Shown: positions 41,171 to 51,795, counted from the stretch's first letter. The stretch is DNA of 64,000 nucleotides from Nitrosopumilus sp. (GCA_965249555.1 OZ252243.1:2144001-2208000), one strand, 5' to 3'. Notes: generated by a model not told the origin, from the letters alone. Made by a program: numbers and translations.

Positions 41171-41292
41171 ATTTCAAATGTATCATGCTTTTATACAAAT
41201 TTTGTAATAAGGATATGCAAATCTCAGATAACTTTATATACTTTTTAGAACCATACACAAAATATATTTAAAGATCTAAGCCAATAATTTTA

Positions 41293-42198
41293 GGCGATTA
41301 GGTACCTACTACCCCTAACATATTTCTCAGCAATAAATCAAACAGATTACAATCCCTGTTATTGTATCTCCATTCCATCTCCTTGAGGTACAGTAAAAAT
41401 TTGCCTGGACTCACCCCGTGATGCTTTGCCATGTTTTCTTTGGCAAAGCTCCAAAAGCCTTCAATGCCGTTAATGTAAACATCCCCTTTGCCAAACATCT
41501 TGTTGTGATCTACTGAGAGATGTCTGTATCCATGAAACACCAGTGAGTCATATCCCTTCCACTTGTCAGTGTACACAATGCTTCCTTTTTTCACTTTTCT
41601 AATTGTACTTTTCAGAAGGGTTTTAGCTTTTACATTATTTACTATCTCAACGTGAATTCTGCCTTTTCTCTCTAAAATTCCAAACACAATGGTCTTGTTT
41701 TTGGCACCACGTCCACGATTTCCCATTCCTTTTTCCTCCAAAATACGCCTCGTCAGCCTCAATCTGGCCCTTTAGGACCTTGTCAGTATCTGCCAATTCC
41801 TCAAGTATGGAGTATCTGATTGCATCAAATGCCCTCAGAGCTTGTCTTGCAACTTTTGCATCTGCTCTGATGCAGTCTTGGCAGATACGGATAGCTCAAA
41901 GAGCTTGATCAGCGAGAGCCATTTGGAATATGGAATTCTAATCAATGAGAATTTGGAGCTGGAAAAGGGTTTGAAGTCTTTCTGGCATTTTGTGCATCTC
42001 ATATTGTTTCTGCTTTTCATGATATAGAGATCTTTGTTTTTGCAGAAAATGCAGGAAAGATCCTCAGTGCACCTTGATTCCAGGAATTGCACCAACAATG
42101 ATTCATCAGAGATTGTTTTTGCAAATGATACAAAATCCATCCATTGTTTTTGTGAAATATTCCATGATAATCTTAGGGGTAGTAGGTACCCAATCACC
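41293..42198 (-). mobile_element. IS1595-family element with ~26-bp inverted repeats and a disrupted transposase
   Basis: C-terminal ORF 41298..41762 (GRGA, YTDKWKGY, NGIEGFWS, EWRYN) and zinc-ribbon N-terminal ORF 41835..42200. Confidence 0.9.
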
Positions 42199-42400
42199 AA
42201 AAATTAACAAACAAAAGACCAATAAATTTCCTAATCTTTTTTGGTTTTGAAATCCAAAATATAGTAACCAATGGTGATAAAAATAAACATGCACACAAAC
42301 AAGCATCTCTACTCATTGGTTCTTCACTATTCAATATCTTATTCCTGAAAGTATAACCTAGTTTTACTCAATTTAAGTCATACTTGGTTATACTTTACTC

Positions 42401-42541
42401 ATGAAGGTCAAAATTGCAATATCTGTTGATCTTGATTTGTTAAAATGGATTGAATTAGAAGTGAAAAACAATAGATTTACAAATAAAAGTCATGGCTTTA
42501 ATTATTGTGTTAAAATTGTAAAAGAAAGAAAATTACTATGA
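42401..42541 (+). CDS. Ribbon-helix-helix protein (46 aa)
   Basis: Manual translation MKVKIAISVDLDLLKWIELEVKNNRFTNKSHGFNYCV. Confidence 0.7.
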   Translation: MKVKIAISVDLDLLKWIELEVKNNRFTNKSHGFNYCVKIVKERKLL

Positions 42542-42602
42542 ATAAACAAATTGAGAAAAATTTTGAAAAAATGTGGAAAGAACAAAAATTAGAAAAATAA
42601 AA

Positions 42603-43031
42603 TCATTGAATAAACCACAGTTGTTTATTTTCTTCTTCAAATTTAATTTTGTATTTCTTGAAAATCGTATCACGACCTAAAATAACATAAGGCAATTCAG
42701 CTTTTACAGGTACACGAATGAGAGGATTTGATATTTCGTTTAAAACAGTATTGCCTTTCATCAAAATTATTCGATTCATATTACAAGCATACACTTCAAA
42801 AGAACCACTCACACCACCAGCTTTATCTATTTTCTTAGTTTGTTTTATTCCCAATACATCTGCCATTATTTTTGGAATGAGTGTGATCTGTGCACCTGAA
42901 TCCACCAAAGCTAATGTTGGAAAATATAGATCATTATGACATAAAATAATATGAACTAAAGGCAAGTGATTAGCTTTTTCACGAAAATATTTTATTCTAA
43001 TTTTTTTCTTAGATGTGTTTCTATAATTCAT
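42603..43031 (-). CDS. Retropepsin-like aspartyl protease
   Basis: ALVDSGA and ILGRD motifs. Confidence 0.85.
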   Translation of the reverse strand: MNYRNTSKKKIRIKYFREKANHLPLVHIILCHNDLYFPTLALVDSGAQITLIPKIMADVLGIKQTKKIDKAGGVSGSFEVYACNMNRIILMKGNTVLNEISNPLIRVPVKAELPYVILGRDTIFKKYKIKFEEENKQLWFIQ

Positions 43032-43034
43032 ATC

Positions 43035-43262
43035 TTACAACAATAAAGGTGATTCAACAACTTTCATAATGAAAGGTATTCTATTAGGAAATTTGATTTG
43101 AAAAGAAGCCCATACTTTTTTCAAATCTACATCACTTTCAACGACAGATTCATCTAAAACAGCGATCCATTTACCGTCATATTTGCTTAGTTCCTTGCCG
43201 TTATTATAGACAAATTCGTATTCTTTTTCAGTATCAAATTCCATAGTATTTTTTTCAGCCAT
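43035..43262 (-). CDS. DUF5678-family protein, partner of the aspartyl protease
   Basis: LSKYDGKWIAV..VV.S motif; adjacent to the protease. Confidence 0.75.
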   Translation of the reverse strand: MAEKNTMEFDTEKEYEFVYNNGKELSKYDGKWIAVLDESVVESDVDLKKVWASFQIKFPNRIPFIMKVVESPLLL

Positions 43263-43332
43263 TTTACCTATTTATGAATTTTGCCTAAAAGATCGGCAGA
43301 TAGAAATTTTTAACTAACCAGGCTCTTAAAGA

Positions 43333-43770
43333 TTGCAACAACGGTGGCAGGCATTCCAAAAAGGGTTCACTACTGACTGCTACCCAGCATATCAAAAGGC
43401 AGTGAAGAAATGGAAAAAATCAATGCCATTGGATAATATATCTCACATACAAAATAGGGCAAAAGACCAATCAACATTAAACATATCTGCTGAAAAAACG
43501 GCAGATGGTAATCCAAGGCACAACAACGTCATAGAGAGCACATGGTCTAAATTAAAGTGAAATATGGCTGTACTTGGATCATATGATAACAAGTACGAAA
43601 ATGTATAGGGTAATAACATACTGCGTTATAATTTCATCAGACCGCATAGCGGACTGGTGGAAATATCAGTGGAAAGGCACGGAAACACAAACAAAATACA
43701 CATAACGCCTGCAATGGCAGGAGGATATCCGGTATGGTTTGCCAATTTCTCAGAACTGTTCAAAGCATAG
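43333..43770 (+). pseudogene. IS6-like DDE transposase C-terminal remnant
   Basis: TTDCYPAY, NNVIES, YNFIRPHSGL, TPAMAGG. Confidence 0.7.
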
Positions 43771-44434
43771 AAATATGACAAGTCATTTGTCTTCAAGGTT
43801 GATTCCTTGTTGAGTGAGCTAAAGGTGGGAGTCAGGAAAAAAGAAGTGATAATATTTGTAAAACCAAATGTTTCAAAGAGTGTAATCAAAAAGATTGACA
43901 GCATATCGCAAGTAAAGTGTGGATTTGTAAAGGATTCTGGAAAAGAGCAATGGAGACGCAGGATTGATTCGATTATGAATATGAATCGTAGACGTACTGC
44001 AAAGTTAGGTCTGGTGCCAGAACAGACATTTGAGGTATGCAATAGATGTGGGATTCAGGCAGTTACATCACAGGAAGTGTAAGAGATTATCGGATACAGG
44101 AGGGTTGGCAAGAAAATAATCACCCAGCCAAATTGTCATAAATGCCGATCTGAAATTTCTAAAAATCCCAAAAAACCTACTGGTAAAAACAAAAAGCCTA
44201 TCAAGAAAGGTCAGAAACGTTTGTTTTAGGATTCTGACAGTCCGGATCACCAAAATTGTACAGGTCATATTTTTAGAAATTCTGATAGTATTCAAGAATT
44301 TTTTATATCACTTTTGATCAAGGGTTTTTTCAGGGGAGTCGGGCAATCTTGAGAAAATCCACATTTGTCACTTTTGACCATTATCTATGCTAGATCATCA
44401 GAACTGACCAGAGCCGAAAAAACATTTCTAGAAA

Positions 44435-44737
44435 TCACTGATCAGAATTAATTGTAGTCAAGCTTAGTGTCGCTTTAGCTAAATCACCATCATATTTTTC
44501 AAGTGCCTCCTTTACAGTTTCTTCATCGCGTCCTGTTTGTAACATTACTAATTTTATATCTTCTTTATCAAAGTAAGGTTGCTTGATATAATCTGTTCTT
44601 GCCATGACACTTAATATTGTTCTAGCTAAATCAATATTATTTTTTTCAAGTTCTTCTATGGCAGTCTCTTTACTGTATCTTGTTTCAGACATTATATGAT
44701 CTATGTCTTCTGGTGTTATTTTTTCATCTGATTCCAT
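44435..44737 (-). CDS. Tandem NAC/HYPK-type UBA-domain protein
   Basis: Two EDI.L(V/I)M.(Q/E)T...A.E.LE...GDLA.A repeats; start taken at MESDEK. Confidence 0.75.
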   Translation of the reverse strand: MESDEKITPEDIDHIMSETRYSKETAIEELEKNNIDLARTILSVMARTDYIKQPYFDKEDIKLVMLQTGRDEETVKEALEKYDGDLAKATLSLTTINSDQ

Positions 44738-45417
44738 AAGCAAAAAAATGATTTGTTTCGATTCTATAGAAACAATTGAAACTGTGCAAGCAATTGTAGG
44801 TCCTGAATACACATTGTCTTGTGTTGCATATTCAACCCTATCAAAATAATCTAGGTTCAAATGCATCTACACTCTCAATTGCTGAGAATGTAAAAACTGA
44901 TGCAATAGCTTCCAAAAGGAAGATAGATGTCTTTCCGATCATTGGTTACCAAAAGGTAATTAATTATACAAACATGATCGTGGCTATTTGACTATGGAAG
45001 AACCGATATGACAAAAACCACATGATGGTAATTTCATCCAACAACTATCCAGCACAGATAACAGAACTCAATCTAAAATAATTTTGGTTTGTTTTTTAAT
45101 AGATATAGTTTGTCATTTTTAATCTCATAGAAGAATATGGTATTATCAGAATCACGTGTTGCTTTGATTATTGTTTTATTGTTAAAAAAATTCAATTTTA
45201 CAAGAGAGTCAAGTTCTTGTTCCAACTTTATTCTTATTTCCCATTCATTCATAAGCTTACTTCTGCTAGTTTGTCTTTAAAGTTAACGTTGGAATATTCA
45301 AAAAAAATATTTCATGTCAGTTGTAGCATGTGTGTATGGCATGTCATATAATGAGAAACTCAGTAACACAACAAAAATAATTTGTGTTGAGACAAGAAAT
45401 TAATTTAATATGCAATG

Positions 45418-47430
45418 CTAGGTAATTAATTTTACATCATTAATATCAATTATACTTTTTGCGTCAAACCATCCTCCAGTCTTTGAGACAAAGAAAGCTC
45501 GTCTTACTTTCTCATTTATTGGGATTTCTGCAAGGTTATGTTTTTTTATCCAGAATTTGTACATTTGAGGAGTCATCCAATTTCTTCCACCACTTGACTC
45601 TATAGAATATAACAAAGCTTCTGTCTGTAATGAGAAAGAGCCAAACTTATCTATTAGTTCTGATGTGATGTCTTTTTCTTTTAGAATTGGGATAATAAAG
45701 TGGCGCATTTCTTTTTGCAAAAATTCAATTCTTTTTCCTGTATCTCTGCTGACTGTAACTGGCTCCAAAATATCTTCTTCCACAGCACTGCCCTTTAACA
45801 CGATTGATGGAAATCCATCAAACATCACCACTTGATCTTCTGAGAATCCCCAGACTCTTCGTCCTATCATTCCTTGGGAATGATCAGGATCCGAGATTGT
45901 CTGATTCTGCAGTCTTTCAGATAGATTGTCATCATACACATACCATATTTTTTTTGCTTTGTCATGCCAACAATTATTGTAAATGTCTTCTGCTGGAATA
46001 TTTTCAGGAGATACAAATGATGAAAGTGTAACTACATTTCTGTCTCGAATCTTCATCTCATCTTTTAATTCATCAAAAGTTAATGAACTGCCAAAGGTTG
46101 CAATTTTTCCATGTTCGCAATTTAATTTCTCTAACAGATAGTTCATCCAAGAATCATCATATTCATCTGTACAGTCAATTAGTGGAATATTTTGAATCCA
46201 TTTTTTGTAAGTTAAGAGACTTTTTGCATCAGATGCTCTTAGTGCCCTTGCGTTGTGAATTGCTTTTTTATCCTCAAAGTCATTTATTGTATCAAGTGAT
46301 GGAATATCTGGATTACTCTCAAGTGAATCAATTGCTTGAGATATCTCTTTGTATTTTTTGGTCTTTTGAAGTTCCACAAAAGAATCCTTGTCGTCACATT
46401 GAGACTCCATTTCTACTTTGATATCATAGAGTTCCTTGTGTTTTTTATTAAATTCAGTTAGTTTAGTGAAAAAATCTAAAGATTCTTTTCTATACATTGC
46501 CTCTTCCTCTGGAATATTCTTGATTGTATCCAGATTAATTCCTGCAAGCTTGCAGGATATGATTTTTCTATAATCATAGTCAGCAAAAGTAGGTGCAGAA
46601 TATCCAAAGGTGTGTCTAACATGAAGTTTTAGATAATTTGAAAATTCTGGATTTCGTGTTTTGATCAAATTAAACATTTCATCATATGAAAGTTTACTAT
46701 ACTTTTTTTCTAGCTCAATGAATTCATGTCTAAATTTTTTTCGGTATGATGCAAATGCATCATTAATCTGAGTTCTAACCACATTGCTGTCTGTCTTTCC
46801 ATTCATTTGAAAATCAAAGTAGAAATTGTTTTGAGAGTTCCATGGCTCCCTCCACAAGATTCTAACTTTCTTTTTGTGGTTTGTAACTAACAGTACATGC
46901 TCATATGGTACATCAAATACAATTCCTTCATCAGTTTCCAGTGCAAGTCCTGCATTTGTAACATAAAACAATCCTGTCCCCTTGTTTGTTTTAATGTCAT
47001 GGTATACTGAAACAATATGCTCCCAACCGTGTACCATCAAAAATCCATACTGGTTAGTAGTTCTAGTGTTTAGTCGTTCATGTTCTTTTTGGATTTTTCT
47101 ACATATATGATTAGCAGAGTATTCATTTTTATCTAATTTGTAGTCTGAATATTTTCTCTTGTGAATTGTAACACCGTTTGATAATACCTTTGGTTCATAA
47201 AACTGAATTCGAATCTTGTCTTTTTTGAGTGGAGATATTGAACGAACGTTACTCATCGGAATAGACATTATGATTTTTTTAGAATTATGTACAGATAGTT
47301 TGATATTTGTGATCTCCAAAGTCTGCGTTTTCTTTAGAGGGATAGTTGCAATTTCTATCTCGTGTTCTTGTCTTGCTAACATACTATCATATGATTCCTC
47401 TTCTTTTAAAGAAATAATCGTTTTAGGCAT
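45418..47430 (-). CDS. Large hypothetical protein with possible PH-like domains, in the tra operon
   Basis: GTGLFYVTN..L motif; directly downstream of the VirB6-like gene. Confidence 0.7.
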   Translation of the reverse strand: MPKTIISLKEEESYDSMLARQEHEIEIATIPLKKTQTLEITNIKLSVHNSKKIIMSIPMSNVRSISPLKKDKIRIQFYEPKVLSNGVTIHKRKYSDYKLDKNEYSANHICRKIQKEHERLNTRTTNQYGFLMVHGWEHIVSVYHDIKTNKGTGLFYVTNAGLALETDEGIVFDVPYEHVLLVTNHKKKVRILWREPWNSQNNFYFDFQMNGKTDSNVVRTQINDAFASYRKKFRHEFIELEKKYSKLSYDEMFNLIKTRNPEFSNYLKLHVRHTFGYSAPTFADYDYRKIISCKLAGINLDTIKNIPEEEAMYRKESLDFFTKLTEFNKKHKELYDIKVEMESQCDDKDSFVELQKTKKYKEISQAIDSLESNPDIPSLDTINDFEDKKAIHNARALRASDAKSLLTYKKWIQNIPLIDCTDEYDDSWMNYLLEKLNCEHGKIATFGSSLTFDELKDEMKIRDRNVVTLSSFVSPENIPAEDIYNNCWHDKAKKIWYVYDDNLSERLQNQTISDPDHSQGMIGRRVWGFSEDQVVMFDGFPSIVLKGSAVEEDILEPVTVSRDTGKRIEFLQKEMRHFIIPILKEKDITSELIDKFGSFSLQTEALLYSIESSGGRNWMTPQMYKFWIKKHNLAEIPINEKVRRAFFVSKTGGWFDAKSIIDINDVKLIT

Positions 47431-47432
47431 GA

Positions 47433-49166
47433 TTATTTACTTGATCCTGTTTTTGTCTCATTACTAGAACTTCCCTGAGATTGTCCACCCTTTGCTCCAG
47501 CATATTGATCCATAGTCATCTGCTTAGATCCAGTACCAACACCTCCAGTATATCCGCCTCCAGATTTAACATCTGCATTAATGTCATCAACTATATCTTG
47601 CTGCTTCAAGTCCTCCACTGTACCCTGAGACTCTTTCTCAAATGCATTATGGAATGAATCACTTCCTGTGGAATCACCGCCTCCACCACTAAATGCTCTG
47701 CCCAGTCCTCCACCTCCAGGAATAATTCTACCTGCAGATCCTACATCATTTGAAAACGCAGCACCCATTGCACCCCTAGCACCTGTTGCTGCCCCTCCCA
47801 TTACAGATGCCATCGCGCCAGGATGCCTGAACATATTTCCTATTGCCCCAAGCGTACTGTGTCCTCCTCCAGCCTTCATTCCTGAAAATCCAGCCATTGC
47901 ACCACCAGCTGTACCTTTCACCATTCCGGCAGTGCCCATGATACCACTCATGATTCCAGTCATCGTCATTTTTGCCATCATAGATGATACTGACCCGAGC
48001 ATCGGCACGAACATCACTGGTGACATTATCACTAGTGTCAATGTAGCCATCGCATGCAGAGAGAAAAGAAACCTGTCAGGAACTATCGATACAATCTCAT
48101 CAGGTGAAGTTATGGTGATGATTCGCTCTTCTTGGGTTACCAGGTCAGTTGCCCCTGCAAGCATTATCAATGCCGCAAGTATTGGTGCAAAAAGCAGCGG
48201 AATAAACACGGTGGTTAGTGTATCAGATAGTTTGTCAATTCCCAAAAATGGAATGCAACGCAGCACCAACAACAAGGGAAGGGACATGGCAATTACATCT
48301 ACTAGTAAAAATCTCATGTCTGCAAGAAATACAGCCATTGATGTCAAAAAGAACAGCATACTAGTTTTAGTCAGGCCCACAAACAAAACTGACATTACAC
48401 TGTCCGAGAAGACAGCCAGTTGCGCCTCTATCTTGGTCCCTATATCCCACCACTCGATATTTGATTCATCTGTAAATTCAAGTGCCTGGTCTGCCCCAAA
48501 GAGTGCCTTTGCAAACAGATAGTTTGGCAGCAAGTCTGGTCTGCACACAGAATTGGGATCCACATCCAACCCTAATGCTTTGGAGTGGTCTGCAACGTTT
48601 GTCATGTGTTGGTAAAATAATACATCTCTGGTACTTGTTACGGCAGGACATGGATTATCCTCATCAAATGTGTATAACGGATTCATTAAAGATAATGCAG
48701 ACTTCTCAGCAGTGTCAGATATTGGATCCCAAATGTATGGGAATATCAATAAAATAAGAACCCCAATCACTGCACCTTGCAGCATCTTTTTCATCACCTC
48801 ATTTGATGCAAGCTGTGCTTGTTTGAGAATTAACAGCATTCCAAAGAGGAAAAATACAAAGACAAACAACTGAAATGCCACATCGCGTAGAATCGAGAAG
48901 ACCAAAAATGATGGATTGCCTGTCTCCTCTCCATTAATAATTTGAAACTCAAAGTTTGGAACCCGGGTTGTAAGGTATGTAAAGTCTGCTGCCATGAAAT
49001 TAATCAGCAAAGACATGGCACCAACGTATGCCAGAGTGGTTGCAACAGTAGTTAGAATTAAAATTGCAGCATCCCCACCTGGAAATGCTGAGAGGTCTCG
49101 GTTTAGGAATCGTACTATCTTATTCTCACATGTGAGTTTTGACTGTATCATCATATTTGCTGTCAT
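47433..49166 (-). CDS. VirB6/TrbL-like polytopic membrane protein
   Basis: Multiple TM helices, PLLL motif and a Gly/Ala-rich C-terminal tail. Confidence 0.75.
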   Translation of the reverse strand: MTANMMIQSKLTCENKIVRFLNRDLSAFPGGDAAILILTTVATTLAYVGAMSLLINFMAADFTYLTTRVPNFEFQIINGEETGNPSFLVFSILRDVAFQLFVFVFFLFGMLLILKQAQLASNEVMKKMLQGAVIGVLILLIFPYIWDPISDTAEKSALSLMNPLYTFDEDNPCPAVTSTRDVLFYQHMTNVADHSKALGLDVDPNSVCRPDLLPNYLFAKALFGADQALEFTDESNIEWWDIGTKIEAQLAVFSDSVMSVLFVGLTKTSMLFFLTSMAVFLADMRFLLVDVIAMSLPLLLVLRCIPFLGIDKLSDTLTTVFIPLLFAPILAALIMLAGATDLVTQEERIITITSPDEIVSIVPDRFLFSLHAMATLTLVIMSPVMFVPMLGSVSSMMAKMTMTGIMSGIMGTAGMVKGTAGGAMAGFSGMKAGGGHSTLGAIGNMFRHPGAMASVMGGAATGARGAMGAAFSNDVGSAGRIIPGGGGLGRAFSGGGGDSTGSDSFHNAFEKESQGTVEDLKQQDIVDDINADVKSGGGYTGGVGTGSKQMTMDQYAGAKGGQSQGSSSNETKTGSSK

Positions 49167-49774
49167 GGCACAAACTCTACCACATTATCATACAGAATGT
49201 TCTCACCCTCATCTTTTGCAAGAAATCGCTTTACACCATAGGTATCAATCAATATAGTACATGAGATGTCCCCCTTTCTGTCAGTGATGCCATTAGACAC
49301 TAGTATGTCATCCACATGTATAGACACTGGCAAGAATCGTTCTCTGGTGTTTGTCTTGAGAGTTATTGTATATGGCTCCTCAAGATTTGAAATAGTGACA
49401 ACTTCAGGTCCTAGATCTTTTGGAACCTCATCATTATTGATAATTTCTGGCACAAATGCATCACCGCATCCCAAAAGAGATGAAGGTTCTTTTTTTGCCT
49501 TTTTTGATGTAGAATTGTTTGATAAATGAAAACGCAGAAAATTAATCAACTGTATCTCAAATGGTAAAAACTTGTATGTGACATATCCAAATATGAAGAC
49601 CATTGCCCCCAACAATCCAAAGATTTGAGATATGGTTCCCTGGATGGCAGATGCAAACATCCAAGCCCCAATTAATGAGTAAAACAATTCCCTTGGCGAG
49701 AATGTCCTTATCTTAAAATCCAAGAAATTCACAAAAAAGAGGTTTTTGCTCTCTACTGAATAAATTCGCATCAA
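49163..49774 (-). CDS. PrgI/VirB3-like two-TM protein
   Basis: FSPREL, two TM helices, then LPFE..LINFLRF. Confidence 0.6.
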   Translation of the reverse strand: MMRIYSVESKNLFFVNFLDFKIRTFSPRELFYSLIGAWMFASAIQGTISQIFGLLGAMVFIFGYVTYKFLPFEIQLINFLRFHLSNNSTSKKAKKEPSSLLGCGDAFVPEIINNDEVPKDLGPEVVTISNLEEPYTITLKTNTRERFLPVSIHVDDILVSNGITDRKGDISCTILIDTYGVKRFLAKDEGENILYDNVVEFVP

Positions 49775-50028
49775 ATGTATAAGAATGGTTTCTATTAAAG
49801 GCAGAAATTGCTGTTACATGAAATATTTATTTGCAAATTTTTTAAAATAATTTAGAATCTATATGAACATGAAAGGAAGAGACATTAGTGGAATCAACCA
49901 TGCCAAGTCAATTAGTGTCAAAACAATTCCTATAACCCATAATGTGGCACCAACACTTTCCAAGCAGAATTTTCTACCGCAGAGTTACCAGTTCCATACA
50001 AACGAAATATTTTAAAGATATGTTGTTT

Positions 50029-50265
50029 CTAAAATTTTGAGAGTGTCACGTTTTTGTATCCTAATTCATCTGTAAGAAATCTATACGTGCCATACCAGAC
50101 TGATGATGATTCCATGACCATATTGGCATGAATCGGTATGTCTGTAAAATGTTTCCTGATTGATTCATGAGTGTTCTCAACTTTTATGTTTTGTAATATC
50201 TTTCCGTCATTATCCATTGTTGCTACTTGAAGAAATTTCTTGTGCAAGTCAATGCCAACATACAT
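50029..50265 (-). pseudogene. IS110-family recombinase N-terminal fragment
   Basis: YVGIDLHKK..VMESSSVW; truncated. Confidence 0.85.
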
Positions 50266-50380
50266 GCTCTTGTCTTTTTTTGCCCTAATCTGTTTCTTTG
50301 AGGACGATGGATTACGAGCCCCGGACTTGGGTTAATTTTTTATGCTATCTGAATTCCTTCTTTTTGTATTCACATATAGC

Positions 50381-50411
50381 TATTGATTTGTGCGTGAAGG
50401 TTGATACATAC
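50381..50411. mobile_element. Solo IS66 end
   Basis: tattgatttgtgcgtgaaggttgatacatac is identical to the IS66 terminus. Confidence 0.85.
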
Positions 50412-50432
50412 CGAAATTTTATCTAATATTTG

Positions 50433-50503
50433 TGGACTGGCAGGGAATCGAACCCTGACCTACTAGGTTTCACGTAGTGATTCTGCCATTAAACTACCAG
50501 CCC
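50433..50503 (-). ncRNA. tRNA-like gene 2 (aberrant anticodon arm, nominal GAA)
   Basis: GGGCTGG/CCAGTCC acceptor and CAGGG-TTCGATT-CCCTG T-arm; same 71-nt layout as 41021..41091 with compensatory changes. Confidence 0.85.
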
Positions 50504-50537
50504 ACAAAGTTTTTAATCTGATGAATACTAATAATGT

Positions 50538-50582
50538 TAGGTTTCACGTAGTAAGGCTACCAATAAACTAGCCTATTTTTTT
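50538..50582 (+). ncRNA. Putative small antisense RNA 2
   Basis: TTTTTAA ~25 nt upstream; 15 nt complementary to the anticodon arm of gene 2; AGGCTA/TAGCCT hairpin followed by T7. Confidence 0.55.
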
Positions 50583-51045
50583 ATCTCAAATAGTATATTT
50601 TTATACAGATTTTGTAAATAAGGATATACAAATCTCAGATATTGAAAAATGGTTATGATATAAAAAAACACATGCAAGAGAGATTAGATAGTGGAGATGT
50701 TAAAGTATTCAAATATTTAATGCCTTAACTATAGATATCCAAAGGTGAAAGTATTTTACATGATTCATTTGAGTCATTTGTTATAGCACAACCATTCTTA
50801 CCTGTTACATAATTACCAAGATGTACAAAAAAACACATAACCAATGGTTCCCAACAGTCATTAAAACTCAATTCTTCACTAGTATGGAAACAAATTAAAA
50901 TAATGTTATAAAATTGTTCTTTTTGTAAAACACCCTTGTATTCTCTACCATCATCAACAAATTCTACAGGTGAGGCCACATTCAAAACTGTAATTTGTGG
51001 CTTATCATTTACATTATCAACTGTTAATTTTACATTTGTTATTAA

Positions 51046-51252
51046 TTACAAGGATACTTTGATATGCTCGCAATCAGCATTTCTTGTTGTGTGATCTTTG
51101 CATTGACAAATCAATCCATTGTCTGTTGTTGATACAATGTAGGATTTTGACAAGTCAGTCTGTGATCTGATTTTGATTTTATTATTTCCAATAAACTTGG
51201 CAAAGTTTGGTTTTTCCATCATCTGTTTGGCTCTTTGTGTTAGTGGGTTCAT
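51046..51252 (-). pseudogene. SWIM-domain N-terminal fragment, probably of a transposase
   Basis: RSQT...SY.V...CQCKDH....CEH; truncated. Confidence 0.55.
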
Positions 51253-51289
51253 GCAGACACCTCAAAAATTAATACAGAACAAAAAGAAG

Positions 51290-51439
51290 CGATGAGTGTG
51301 GGAATTGAACCCACGATGTCCTTCTCAGAGACAATCGCCTCATCAAGGCGACATCTTACCATGGGATTTGAACCCACGATCCGGAGGTTAACCAAGTGGT
51401 TTTTTCAGAACCACGCATACCTAACTTGGCGACCCTGAC
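51290..51439 (-). pseudogene. Two fused pseudo-tRNA fragments with long variable arms (GAA and GAT anticodons)
   Basis: Two GTGGG-TTCAANT-CCCAY T-arms; anticodon arms TGGTT-CTGAAAA-AACCA and TCGCC-TTGATGA-GGCGA; neither has a complete acceptor stem. Confidence 0.7.
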
Positions 51440-51795
51440 GAGTTTCTATCATATAATTTGATCATTAAATTTTGAGTGCCAAAGTATAGAATGTAAAACG
51501 GATTATAATTGAGGATGAAAGGGTTTGTATAGTTTGGGTTTGTTATTTACTCCAAAAATAATACATGTATAAAGAAACAATCTAAACAAAATCCTCTAAT
51601 GTTGTAACATGTGAAGAGAGTATGGCAAGAGTCCCCCTGAATACATTCATTTGTTATTACCTCTAATCTTCCAATTATGTGATTTGATATTTTCAAATAT
51701 TTTGTTAAGATTGCAGGAATTATTTTAAGAGTGTTTAAAAATTTTGAAGATAAATTTAAAGATTACTAATATACATCCCATACTATTATGAATTA

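Noticed and set aside
47668-48522. 284-aa plus-strand ORF
   Set aside because: Antisense to the Gly-rich VirB6-like gene.
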